DNA of 63,938 nucleotides, the filler included, from Lenisia limosa (Eukaryota; Protista; Breviatea): NCBI GenBank assembly GCA_001655205.1. It is 13 parts of 13 records of this genome, joined end to end, with 100 filler letters (N's around TTAATTAATTAA, not from the genome) between each part and the next. Parts side by side here need not be neighbours in the genome. Positions count along the whole stretch, not along the records: positions 1 to 21,691 come from LPNZ01001237.1; positions 21,792 to 24,976 come from LPNZ01003076.1; 11 more parts are not named here. The stretch is one strand, 5' to 3'. Both the position numbers and the translations under genes were made by a program. How positions within the stretch are numbered: position 1 is the first letter of the stretch; every line of letters starts with the position of its first letter. Shown here piece after piece: positions 12,101-21,834 of the stretch. The notes under the pieces are model-generated. The model was not told the DNA's origin, did not search any database, and worked only from the letters and a program-made list of their open reading frames with translations.

Positions 12101-14105
12101 TTTATCGTTTAAAACTGACTCATCACAGACTGCTTCAAATGCCCTGAAGACTACTATCGGACTGACTTAACCTGTGACAACGAAGGCCAATATGACTGCA
12201 TTCCTTGGTAAGAAGGGACTTGGGCGTCTTTTAACACGTTATCTACATACTGACACTTCATTAATTACCCGTATTTTTATCATTTAAGATTGAAACCAAA
12301 ATATTGTTGTCATTTTAAGATTGACCACCCTATTTCATCATATTAATTGACACCATTTAAATACTTCTTATTCCAAATTATGACACTTCATTTTGCACAT
12401 TGCTGAAAACGCATCGTATCACTGGATAACTATTCTTGTTGGAATTTTGTTTTTGTTTGAGTGAAAGATCGCTGGGATCCCACTGATATTCGGACCAAGT
12501 CCGCTCGCGAGTTGGAAAAGTCTTGTTGACATTGCAGCACGCCTTGTCCCGAGGGATACGTTGAAGTCACCCCATGTTCTGAAACGCAAGACCGTGTCTG
12601 TGAACGTGGGTCTTGGGTGGATGTATACACGTCATTTATACCGCGAAATAGATTACAAATAATTCTTTGGCAATCATGATTTTTGATTAAACACTGCCAA
12701 GTATTCTGAAGTATATCATACTTTATATTGATTCAGGTCAAATTGATTATTATTTTGAAATATTTTAAGTATTCTATTTCTTAGAAAAATTGACCTTTCA
12801 GCTGTATAGTGCAGATTAATTTCAATAAATATATAGCTATATATAAGTATTGATAATACATACATTTTACATGACAGTTATTATATAGCTAGTACTATAC
12901 TTGATTTGATAAGTATAATGTACATTTAAATGTTTTAATTTACATAATATTTTAAAAGTAACATAACAGGGTTTTTTACAAGAATAGTATAATAATCTCT
13001 ACAGCTGTCCAATGTGATGTTCCATACTGTTTGCAATGTGTAGAGGGCTATCATGACAGGTGGGTTCATTATTTTAGCATCACCTTTTGACTTGTCATTA
13101 TAATAGTAGGATATGATGTATATTAACGGTATTTGACATGTTTGGTGGACTGTCATATACTAAGTGATGAATTACGTAAGGCTATTAAATGGTAATTACG
13201 TAAGACTATTAAATTAAATGACCATATTCATGATTCAATTAGGGCTTCACTTTGACCCGTAAAATGACTGAATATAAAATATCGATATATTTCTCTATTT
13301 ACAGACATTTCCGCAACTTAGCAAATCCCTAGATTCCATTTATTGCAATTTATTGGAACAGGTGTGAGGTATGTGAAGACAACTTCTATTTGGACGTGGA
13401 CTTGACGTGCCAAGAGAGAGGATGCAAAATGCTCGTGGGTTTGGGGAATTTGTTCAAAAAACTACAAAAAAACAAAATAATAGCTTGATGTTTCCATACA
13501 ATAATGGACATAGCTCTAATCATTGGACATATTATTGTGGGAACCACATCGCTCTCGGGAATATTGACATATTTATTCCATGGTTTGTATTTCTGTTATT
13601 CTCTTTGCAACTAGGGATAGGGATTCACTTTTCTCTTCGTAAAAAGATTGTTTTTATCGAAAAATCTTCAAAGACTATCGATATTATTGTTCTTCAAATC
13701 GAATGAAACCCTACATACAGCTCCCTCTATTTCTTCTCGGCCTCTCTTTCATGACTGCCCTTGAATGTTCAATCCTCACCACTATCACCGTATTTCAATT
13801 GTTCTTTTAAATATGGGATTTCCAAATGCCGTAGTGTTCCCTATTTCAGAATACCAATTTTTACTCACCCTTCACCATTTCAAATTGTCAATTATTACCC
13901 ACTGTTCTCAAAACTCGTGTGTTGTCAGCCAACAGAGTTGATTTTGGGCTTTGTTTGTTTCATCATTTTTACCCCCACCTAGTGTGTGAATGGCCGCAAG
14001 GCCTGCCTTGGAAAATGCAGTGAGGGAACCACATGCAGAGGACTATACCTCAACAACGTCCTCAAATCATGCCAGTGCTGTGAATGTGACGACTTACTTG
14101 GATAA
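167..14105 (+). CDS. Large Cys-rich protein (>=842 aa, 5' end outside or unresolved): N-terminal furin-like/TNFR-like repeats, 13 tandem 48-49 aa TNFR-like units, Cys-rich C-terminal tail, no TM segment seen
   Basis: 34 GT-AG exons join in one frame: 167-210, 947-1042, 1268-1351, 1613-1684, 2030-2128, 2589-2667, 3130-3197, 3499-3574, 3866-3933, 4308-4386, 4673-4740, 5079-5157, 5641-5708, 5896-5971, 6189-6256, 6588-6663, 6905-6972, 7304-7379, 7831-7898, (gap)8116-8149, 8458-8525, 9114-9189, 9453-9520, 9910-9985, 10241-10308, 10591-10666, 11254-11342, 11569-11623, 11752-11819, 12129-12207, 12538-12605, 13005-13059, 13362-13434, 13983-14105 (TAA). Repeat pattern CxxCPxxxYxxxxxCxxGxYxCxx-CxxCxxGxYExxPCxPFxDRxC; the second half matches the TNFR c6 pattern (e.g. 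CTPCPEGYYETVPCTPFADRVC). One exon is partly in an N gap. Confidence 0.9.
338..430. repeat. 31-bp minisatellite x3 (intronic)
   Basis: ACAAGCCTTAATATCGTAGATGAAATTCGTT-like units start at 338, 369 and 400. Confidence 0.85.
1372..1496. mobile_element. CACTA-like MITE, degenerate
   Basis: Left end CACTATGTTACATTGACTTGGA; right end CACAAGTCGATGCGCCGTAGTG (reverse complement CACTACGGCGCATCGACTTG). Shares its right end with 8722-8864, 13810-13835 and about 14530-14640. Confidence 0.6.
1711..1772. mobile_element. Tc1/mariner-like MITE, degenerate
   Basis: TA-TAGTGACCGTGATAAG...CTG-TA; homologous to 27836-27915 and 50551-50628. Confidence 0.55.
4994..5033 (+). repeat. 40-bp palindrome-rich dispersed repeat; other copies at 9681-9720 (-) and 12472-12511 (+)
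   Basis: Consensus CTGGGATCCCACTGATATTAGGACCAAGTCCGCTCGCGAG; three near-identical intronic copies, one inverted. Confidence 0.8.
6276..6375. mobile_element. hAT-like MITE, subfamily 1
   Basis: 21-bp perfect TIR TAGGGCTTCACTTCGGTTCGA / TCGAACCGAAGTGAAGCCCTA; flanks GCTGTGGC (6263-6270) and GCTGTGGT (6376-6383). Confidence 0.85.
6376..6480 (+). repeat. Intronic repeat family A (about 110 bp, no TIR)
   Basis: GCTGTG..AGAGTT(G/A)TAAGGCAAATGATTGGTTGAATT...AGCGTGATGGTGTGGACGGCTTCGGCCA; further copies near 19144-19285, 20174-20215, 28922-29005, 29070-29120 (-), 40668-40790, 41615-41705, 44017-44112, 48664-48690, 51843-51862 (-). Confidence 0.75.
8722..8864. mobile_element. CACTA-like MITE
   Basis: Left CAC-ACGGTGCATTTACTTGGAAT, right ATCCTAAGTCGATGCTCCGTAGTG; imperfect ~22-bp TIR ending in the CACTA reverse complement. 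Confidence 0.65.
10985..11085. mobile_element. hAT-like MITE, subfamily 1
   Basis: TAGGGCTTCACTTCG...CCGAAGTGAAGCCTTA; flanking 8-mers TTCTTGGT / CTCTTGGG (6/8). Confidence 0.85.
11864..11964. mobile_element. hAT-like MITE, subfamily 1
   Basis: TAGGGCTTCACTTCGGTTCGAAAA...TTTTCGAACCGAAGTGAAGC; right tip degenerate. Confidence 0.8.
13240..13300. mobile_element. hAT-like MITE fragment (left half)
   Basis: TAGGGCTTCACTTTG...GACTGAAT...ATCGATAT. Confidence 0.55.
13618..13713. mobile_element. hAT-like MITE, old degenerate copy
   Basis: TAGGGATTCACTTT...ATCGAAAAATCTTCAAAGACTATCGATATT...TGAAACCCTA. Confidence 0.6.
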
Positions 14106-14883
14106 CCTTGATTGAGTGGAGGTGGTTAGCTTTATTGTTCTTTGTTTATTGTGATATTCTGGACAAAATTTGACTGAATAAACTGCTACTTATCCCAAAA
14201 TTATCTTTGGAGGGACTCGAGATGACAGAGTGGATATGTAGATAGCAACAACCAATAATTCACCAATTTTAACTGCATTGATGGATTATTACACATCATC
14301 TTTAGTAGTTAAGAAAGTGTCGAAGTGAAGAATTCTAAAAAAACAGTGATAAAGACGTGTACATCTGTCATTTCCAAGTTTATAATTACAAGGAGGAGTT
14401 CAGTGAAATGAAAACATATAATTTCCGTGACTAATTCCAATTCTGCTAACTTGAGTTTAGGAATTTAGCTTTTATGTGGGAATATATTATCATATGATAT
14501 CTTTATACTATAAAAAAGAAAAGAGAAAAAACTTTGGCAATCCCATAAATTCAAATTTCCATAAAATTCTATGGGATCCCCATGTAAAATATGGGAATTA
14601 CAACGTTTTCACAAGTATCCCAAGTCGATGCGCAGTAGGGTTGATTGTGGAATTTAGCATGTGGGAATATATCATATGATAGCCAATATGTACATATCAT
14701 ATCGACCAAAACCCTTGCTGACACCCCCCAAACAATCCCAGTGTCAGTTACCCCAAACACCATGGCTCAGCCATCACCAAAAGTATGCCTTCTCTCTTGA
14801 TTGCTTTTGATGATTGTCTTGCGTCTTCAACCTTTATAATTGGTTCTACATTCCCATTTATGAATTGGTTGCGCTGTTGTTAC

Positions 14884-14970
14884 TAGGGCTTCCCTACGGT
14901 CCGAAAAAGACCGGTAAAATATCGATATTTATCGAGGATTTATCGAGAAATTCAGTCTTATTTGGGACGA
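14884..14970. mobile_element. hAT-like MITE, subfamily 2, right end lost
   Basis: TAGGGCTTCCCTACGGTCCGAAAAAGACCGGTAAAATATCGATATTTATCGAGGATTTATCGAG. Confidence 0.75.
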
Positions 14971-15089
14971 GGCTTTTTTGGAGTGAGGGATTTGGACACT
15001 ACTTTATGACTATTAGAGTATCAAAAGAAACCAGTAGGTCAACAATTTCATCCAATATTACGGATTCCATTGATTCGATTGATCGCAAG

Positions 15090-15186
15090 TAGGGCTTCAC
15101 TTTGGTTCAAAAAAGACCGGTAAAATATCGATAGTATGACGATTTATCGAAAAATTCAGTCTTATTCGAACCGAAGTGAAGCCCTA
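15090..15186. mobile_element. hAT-like MITE, subfamily 1
   Basis: TAGGGCTTCACTTTGGTTC...GAACCGAAGTGAAGCCCTA. Confidence 0.85.
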
Positions 15187-17099
15187 ATCACACCTTTTGT
15201 GTTTGCAATTAGGTTGTTTGCTGTGTGAAAGAGTGATGGCTCGTACTTGTGCCTGATCTGGGGCAACAACAGATTGAAGAACCAATTAACTTGGGACATC
15301 ATCACAGTATTCTTTTTTTTATTATTTTACAAATCAGAGTTTCAAAGCCGAAACCACCCAAAACACGCCCGCCTTCAGCCAAGCCAAAATCGGTCCCTAC
15401 TTTGGATATCAAGGTAGGGTCCCTCTTTCATTAAAGCTGATATATTTGGACTCTTTTTATCACATGTTCAAGAATTGGGAGTATTATATCCATTTTTTAT
15501 GGTGGTCAAATACTACAATTATGTTTCTTATTTTTCTGTTATCATCTTTTCTTTTATTTTATTTGATTTTCATTTTCCTTTCATTTCTTTTCATCTTTTT
15601 CTCTAAGACACCTGGCATAATGCAAATGGAATAGAGAGGTCATCAAAATAAAAATATTATTGTTCTTTAAAACAATTTACAATACATAATGATATAAGTG
15701 TTTTAGATTTAGTCGCGAATAAAAATCTCAGGAAACAGTTAGAATCAAAAACCTGTGTAAAGTTAGTTGAACAGTTTATCGCGGTGAATAAAAATCTCAG
15801 TAGGCAGTCCAGGCATGAAAAATTCTGAAAATGGTTAAAAATGGCCTGGAATGTGTGAGTGACTAACCGAGGCTGTATGAGGCCAAAGAATCAAAACTCG
15901 GCAGTAAATTTCATTCAACAGTTTATTGTGGTGAAACTCAATTAACCATTTTCGAAGTCGATGGGTGACGTCATTTCTAACTGTGGGGGGGGGGGGGGGG
16001 GGNNNNNNNNNNNNNNNNNNNNNNNNNNNNNNNNNNNNNNNNNNNNNNNNNNNNNNNNNNNNNNNNNNNNNNNNNNNNNNNNNNNNNNNNNNNNNNNNNN
16101 NNNNNNNNNNNCTAAAGCCAACACATACCATCTCATCTCCTAACGCAATGAAGAACCTTCTTTTCTCTTCCTTTTTAAACCTTCCTTCCCCTCCAACCGC
16201 ACCAATGTACTGCACAACCAAATTGGTCTAGCCGAAAAGCAGAAACGCCGAGGCCCACACTGGAAAAAAGAAAAATATAAATACTTAAATTTTTACACCA
16301 TAACTCGCTAGAGCCCACTTTGAAGATTTTGCTAACTACGTCCACTCCCACAGACTAGATATTCTAGTCATCCAAGGATTACTCGGAGCAAATAGGAAAC
16401 ATGGCACCAAGTTCACAACAGGTGCCTATCGAAATATTCGGAGCATGTTATCGGCAACCTCATACTGCTGCCCATCTTCCTGCTCCACCAATGAGGTTAA
16501 AACACGATTAGAACTCATGAAATCATCCGGTAAATGTAAAAAAAAATTATTGATTATCAGCCCTGCCCCCATCCATATCGGCGGCAATTGGCGGTGATGA
16601 CATTGGCGGGGTGCCTGGCACTGAAAAGTCAGCTACCACACCAATATTATGCAGTATATTGAATTAGTACAATATAATTAGGGCTCTGTGCAAACGCAAT
16701 TAATTAATATTGGAAAATCGAAATTTTAAGTAGGACATATTGTAACACCTCTTTCATCGTTAGTAGAGGATTCAATGGAATTTTCATACCTGAAAGAGAG
16801 AGTGCTCAGCGGATCTTAGGGGATACAGGAGGAGTAACTTTGTGCAGACAACAGGGCTGACAGAGATTTCGATCTCATTTGAACTCCCTTTCTGTGAAGG
16901 GGGTCAAAACTCTCATAAATAACTTGAAGATACCACGTCACCCCAACAATAGTAGGGATAAGTTCTAAAAAAAAATAGATCATATGTCAAAAAGTAAACT
17001 GAAAAAGCAGACAAAATTTAAATAAATAAAGCCAAACCCATATAATATAAAGAAGCATACACAAAATTGTCTCTCAGAGAGAACAATGCGACTCGGGAG

Positions 17100-18317
17100 C
17101 TAATCCCCGTTGCTTGGCAGCTTTCCTCGCACTTCTGCAGATGCACCAAGATGCGTAGCTTGCAAGTGGCTATGCCTCTGCTCAGCAGTCTACAACAGTA
17201 AAATATACATACAATGCACACCATTCGTTTGTGGATGGCAAACACAGAGAGCCCAACAGCAATTGGGTGAAGATCCGCTAGCTTTTTCGCGACATGCGAT
17301 GGCGGCGTTGTTGATGCCTAAATATTAGTTTGGAGAAACAAAGTAACACAGACATGTTGGCGAAACGCCTCCTTAGTATCACCGAACTTGTCGTCTTCCT
17401 CGTTGAAGCGTTTTCTCGCCTCATCCGTCTATTATTATGTTACATCATCGCCTACTCTGCATCTGGCTGCATGGGACTCATCAACGAGCTGCTAAACGAA
17501 GAACGAAGATAACTCCTTGGGAAAAGTGTCAAACCTTTATCTCCCTTTCGGCAGATTGGTGGGCCATTGACTGCAATGGTAAATAAAAAGCAGGTGCTAT
17601 AGTTTCATTTGCTATATTGCTATTGTTAGAATGGATCATGACACTGACCGTTATAAAGGCTTGACTGACTTTTCAGAAGGAAATCTTATTCATTTATGTC
17701 AAGACTTACCACGGTCAATGTAGGCGATAGTATATCGATTATTATTTATTCGACTCTATCACTTTAGTTGTTATTATCGAATTTATTTTTGTTTACCTCC
17801 GCGGCAAACGCTTCTCTGACTCTCCGATACTCCTTGATAGTGTCACATAAGATGAAACAGAAAATTACACTTATAACACACTGCTTACATCGCTCACGTC
17901 TTCCGGGCTTTGTTCCTACCTTGTAAATAACACCATCAAAACTTGGAGATATGGCAAGGAATTAACTGAAAACCACTTGCCCATCTCCGTCTCTCTTTTA
18001 ACAGTTTCCGCTGTCTTGAGTACTCCTGCTTCTTCTGCTCCACCTCAGACAGATTTCTTATGATAATGATATGACCAAAACGACCTTACAGTACACACAC
18101 CAAGTAGCAATCAGAATAGCAAATAGTATTTCCGCGGTAGAGGTTACGTATCTCAGAACTCTCTACACTATGTTATCGAGGAGAATTAAAACCTTTTTAC
18201 CCTCATCCTCCTCCATCTCTTCCTCCAGAAGGACGTGCTCAAGAAGGGCACTTTGGCCACCAACGGGCCAATCGTGTCTTCTTACCTATGCCTTGCTGAG
18301 GACTTCATGGGACCGGG
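17100..18317 (-). CDS. Putative coiled-coil protein (partial exon set)
   Basis: In-phase GT-AG exons reading EYRRVREAFAAE / SMAHQSAEREIK / LVDESHAARCR / TDEARKRFNEEDDKFGDTKEAFRQH / ASTTPPSHVAKKLADLHP...; no family recognised. Confidence 0.4.
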
Positions 18318-18742
18318 AAATGCTGGCAAATGCTCCTTATTACAATGATTAAAGCGTTAATATAGTAAATTTAGGGGTTAGATAATGAATATCGCATTGG
18401 TAACAATAGACCCCCCCCCCCTCNNNNNNNNNNNNNNNNNNNNNNNNNNNNNNNNNNNNNNNNNNNNNNNNNNNNNNNNNNNNGGAGAACTCTTTTGAAA
18501 TTTTTAACTTTACTTCATACCTGTTTTCCACTTAAAGTTTATTGCTGTTCTTCTTTTGGCTTTTACGTTTAGTTGTCTCTACTTTTGAGAAGTACATCTT
18601 TTCTGAAGCACTTGACACTAATTTGAGAATCGCAGTCACTGTATTCTGTGTCAATATATGTACACCCTGTAAAAGTCCACGTTTTATCCAATTTAAGAAC
18701 CAGCTCTATTAAAGAATCTCATTCTCCAATTTACGGTTTTAG

Positions 18743-21610
18743 AAGCCTGAAGAAGAACCCATGCCGATCTTACAACAGTCCTCCAGCCTCACTGATCTTC
18801 TATCATCGTCTGACGAAGAAGAAACACGGGCCACCCAGCTCAAAAAGGACACGTCATCTCTAAACCCACTCCGATCACCCCATCGGAACTTTGTGGAGCC
18901 GGAACCGGAGGAAAAGAGCGGAATTGAAGATTCCGACAAAGTTGCCGATGTCACGTCATCGCTAACCGATCCGAATCACCCAGATAATTGGCCCGCGACC
19001 CGGGACTGGTCAGCTGGCGAGGATATCACGTGCGCGGTGCTTAAACCGATTTCCTGCTCAATTGAAACGCAGACGATTACGCCGACAGAGTGCGAGTCTG
19101 ACCGAAGTCACGCCGTGAGCTCAATGGGAGTTTTTGGGGGGCGGCTGTGTACAAGTATTCATATCATATACATCATATGTATGTTATATGTGTAGAGTTG
19201 TAAGGCAAATGATTGGTTGAATTAATATTGTACTCTAATCCAGTATCTCTTAGAAGCGTGATGGGCTGGACGGCTTCGACTTTATTTTTTTTTTCTCATT
19301 ACTCTATATTATGATATGTGTGGTGTTTGTGTTTTATTGAAGTATATCTATTTCGCTTACCCCCTCCCTCCCTCTGGGCTTTGTTTGTTTTGTTGTTATT
19401 AACCCTCGTTTGTCGTCAGTCAACGGAGTTGATTTGGGTTTTTTTTCTCATAAATTTTCCAATTTTACTCTCCTCCCAGCAATCCGAGGCAATATCTCCG
19501 GAAATGGTCCAAACATCGTCTCAAACAGTCACAGTGCCTGCACCAACGTTTGCTCGTGAGCTGGAAGGTTATGATAGTGAGCTGAATGTGGGGTATTTCG
19601 ATTGTGATTTGGGGGGAGTATTGGGTATATACTATATCTTTATGAGAAATCAATTATGATAAGGAGGGGAGGTTAGGATGATGAGCCGCAGTCCGATTCA
19701 GAGATCGGGAAGTTTGTTCCTATCCGCAAGTCTTATCTTCATAGAGTTAATTTTGGGCTCTTTTTTTTTTTTTTCATAAATTTCCAATTTCACCCCATCT
19801 GCCGATAATATTCTTCATCGAAATTTCTTTCAGTCATACCCCCTCCTCTTTTTCACTTCCCCAGCCCCCCTTCCCGAACCGGAACCGCTGTTCTTCGAAC
19901 CCGCCCTTTCCCTTTTCCCTGAGGGCCCTCCTTCTGCCCAACCAATTGTCAAGCCTTGTGGGGGGGAGATTATGAGTGACCATTTGAGGATTTAACATGA
20001 ATTATATTCTATATCTTCTTGCAATCAATTTTATGAAGATAATAATTGAAAATTGAAATTTAAGTGTCTAAAATGAGCTTCTCGTTACAATATGTCCTAA
20101 TTTAAATGATTAATTTTGTTTTTTCAATGAATTGCATTTGCCCAGAACCCTAATCATATTATACCAACTTACAAGCGTGATAGTGTGGACGGCTTCGGCC
20201 AGATAACCTTGTTTTTTATTCTCATTGCTGTATATATTCAATTCAGGGCTGAATATTTATTACGAATCTCCACGTATTCATGCCTCAGCTTTCGACCCTC
20301 CGGCTGCCCACCCTCTCACAATGAAGCCTTCCGTCCCAATTTCAACACAAACCTCATTTCCGTCCCAGATGCACCCCCAGATTCCAATAAACCAGGAATT
20401 TCCTATTAGCTCTGGCGCCAATTCATTGCGTAAAAGCGCTTTCACCAAGTCACAGCTGGTAATTGAGCCCCTCCCACCCGCTAGATCATCAGATCAACTT
20501 CCCTCCCGCGAGCAAAAGGAAGTAAAAGTTTACAAAACGCGCGTGCCACGCCAAGTTGAAGCACGAATGCGCGCGGCTGACCCCGATTCCCTCCCGCCGC
20601 CGGTCGAAGAAACCCCCGCTAAGTCACGTGACCGCTCGGTCTACAACCCAACATCCGCCTATTTACGGTCGCCGTATCGCCCGCCACCATCCCGGACCGC
20701 AGTGTTGGATACTCTTGTAGCCGCTCACGCCCTCGACAAATCTGCTTCCCGGCCCGACCATTCCGTCATCGCCACCTCGCTGAAGTCCATGTCTGCCATG
20801 GCGGCCGCAGGACATCCCTTATTAGGCAAGTCCGTTTCCGATGCTTCCGTCATGTTTCCGGGACACACCCGGGAACCTGCGGAGGCGATATTGCCGAAAT
20901 TGACTCGGAAGAAGAAAGTCAGAAAACAGATTCCGACGGTAAAATACGTTCGACGCAAACTGGCGTCCGCGTTGCCCTCTGATGACCCCCTTAATGAGGC
21001 CCTACATTCCCTCGGCGAAACTACTCCCCCAGTTACGGAGACCTATAAATGGGCTGAAGTAGTTGAAATGCAAGAGGTGGAGGAGGAATATCCCATCTCG
21101 GAAGCGGAAGTGAACCAAGCTTCCGACCCGATACCGCTTCCGACAGACCCTCAGATGACGTCAATGCTTCATGAGGCCTCTCAGCTTCTTCCCGTACAAC
21201 CGTCGCCCGTTGCGGAGTTGAATTCGGCTCCGCTCGCTTCCGAAGGCTTATTATCGGCTCTCAAGCGAGCCGATGGAATAACAGCCGAAATGAACCGACG
21301 ATGCGCCGACGTAAACGCCACCGCATCCCTCACACGAGAATCTGCCCTAGATTTACGCCAAAGTCGACGCCAAAGCTGCGCCAAACGCCAGAAGCTCACC
21401 CGGTCTGGAAAAGCACTCCAGGTGAAAGAGGCGCGGCTACGCGCGGGACTTGCGCCTGCACAATGGTCTGATTCTGATGGTTTTGACAGCGGATGGGAGG
21501 ATTCAAGCTGCTCCGAGCCGGATTGGATGGTTGATGACGATGTTATGGTACCGGATATTCACTGGACCCAGCCAAGGAAGAAAAAACCGCTTCCGATGAC
21601 GCCTTTGGAA
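18743..21610 (+). CDS. Large low-complexity Pro/Ser/Glu-rich protein, unknown function (partial)
   Basis: Exon-like blocks at about 18743-19114, 19480-19570 and 19833-19955, plus a 1.36-kb stop-free GC-rich exon (about 20247-21610) ending at GAA|gtgggg; no domain recognised. Confidence 0.6.
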
Positions 21611-21691
21611 GTGGGGGGTTGGGTGATCTATTCACAAATTTGGGGTTTTTTTTATAACGTATAATAAACTATTCTACTGTAGTTATTCTCT

Positions 21692-21791
21692 NNNNNNNNN
21701 NNNNNNNNNNNNNNNNNNNNNNNNNNNNNNNNNNNTTAATTAATTAANNNNNNNNNNNNNNNNNNNNNNNNNNNNNNNNNNNNNNNNNNNN
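21692..21791. other. Artificial scaffold-joining spacer (44 N + TTAATTAATTAA + 44 N); 12 copies
   Basis: Identical 100-bp construct at 21692, 24977, 27423, 32085, 33320, 42252, 44432, 47691, 56674, 58767, 60770 and 62671; the 12-mer places stop codons in all six frames. Confidence 0.97.
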
Positions 21792-21834
21792 CCCTAAAAA
21801 CTATCAAAGTAATATTTAAATCTGATCCATCCAG

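Noticed and set aside
167-14105. An orthologue of an animal TNF receptor
   Set aside because: No TM helix or death/TRAF-binding region in the model, 13+ units, and mixed with furin-like repeats; only the module pattern is shared.
15987-16002. Poly-G/poly-C runs at gap edges as telomeric or G-quadruplex loci
   Set aside because: Plain homopolymers where the assembly broke; their true length is unknown and no telomere unit is present.
14700-16900. Exon-like fragments at about 14700-14785, 15335-15414 and 16354-16530
   Set aside because: Possibly coding, but strand and phase could not be fixed and no motif was recognised, so they are not reported as features.
19144-19285. Family A as a box C/D snoRNA
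   Set aside because: Only partial C-box-like words, no conserved terminal CUGA, and copies vary too much; left open as an unclassified element.
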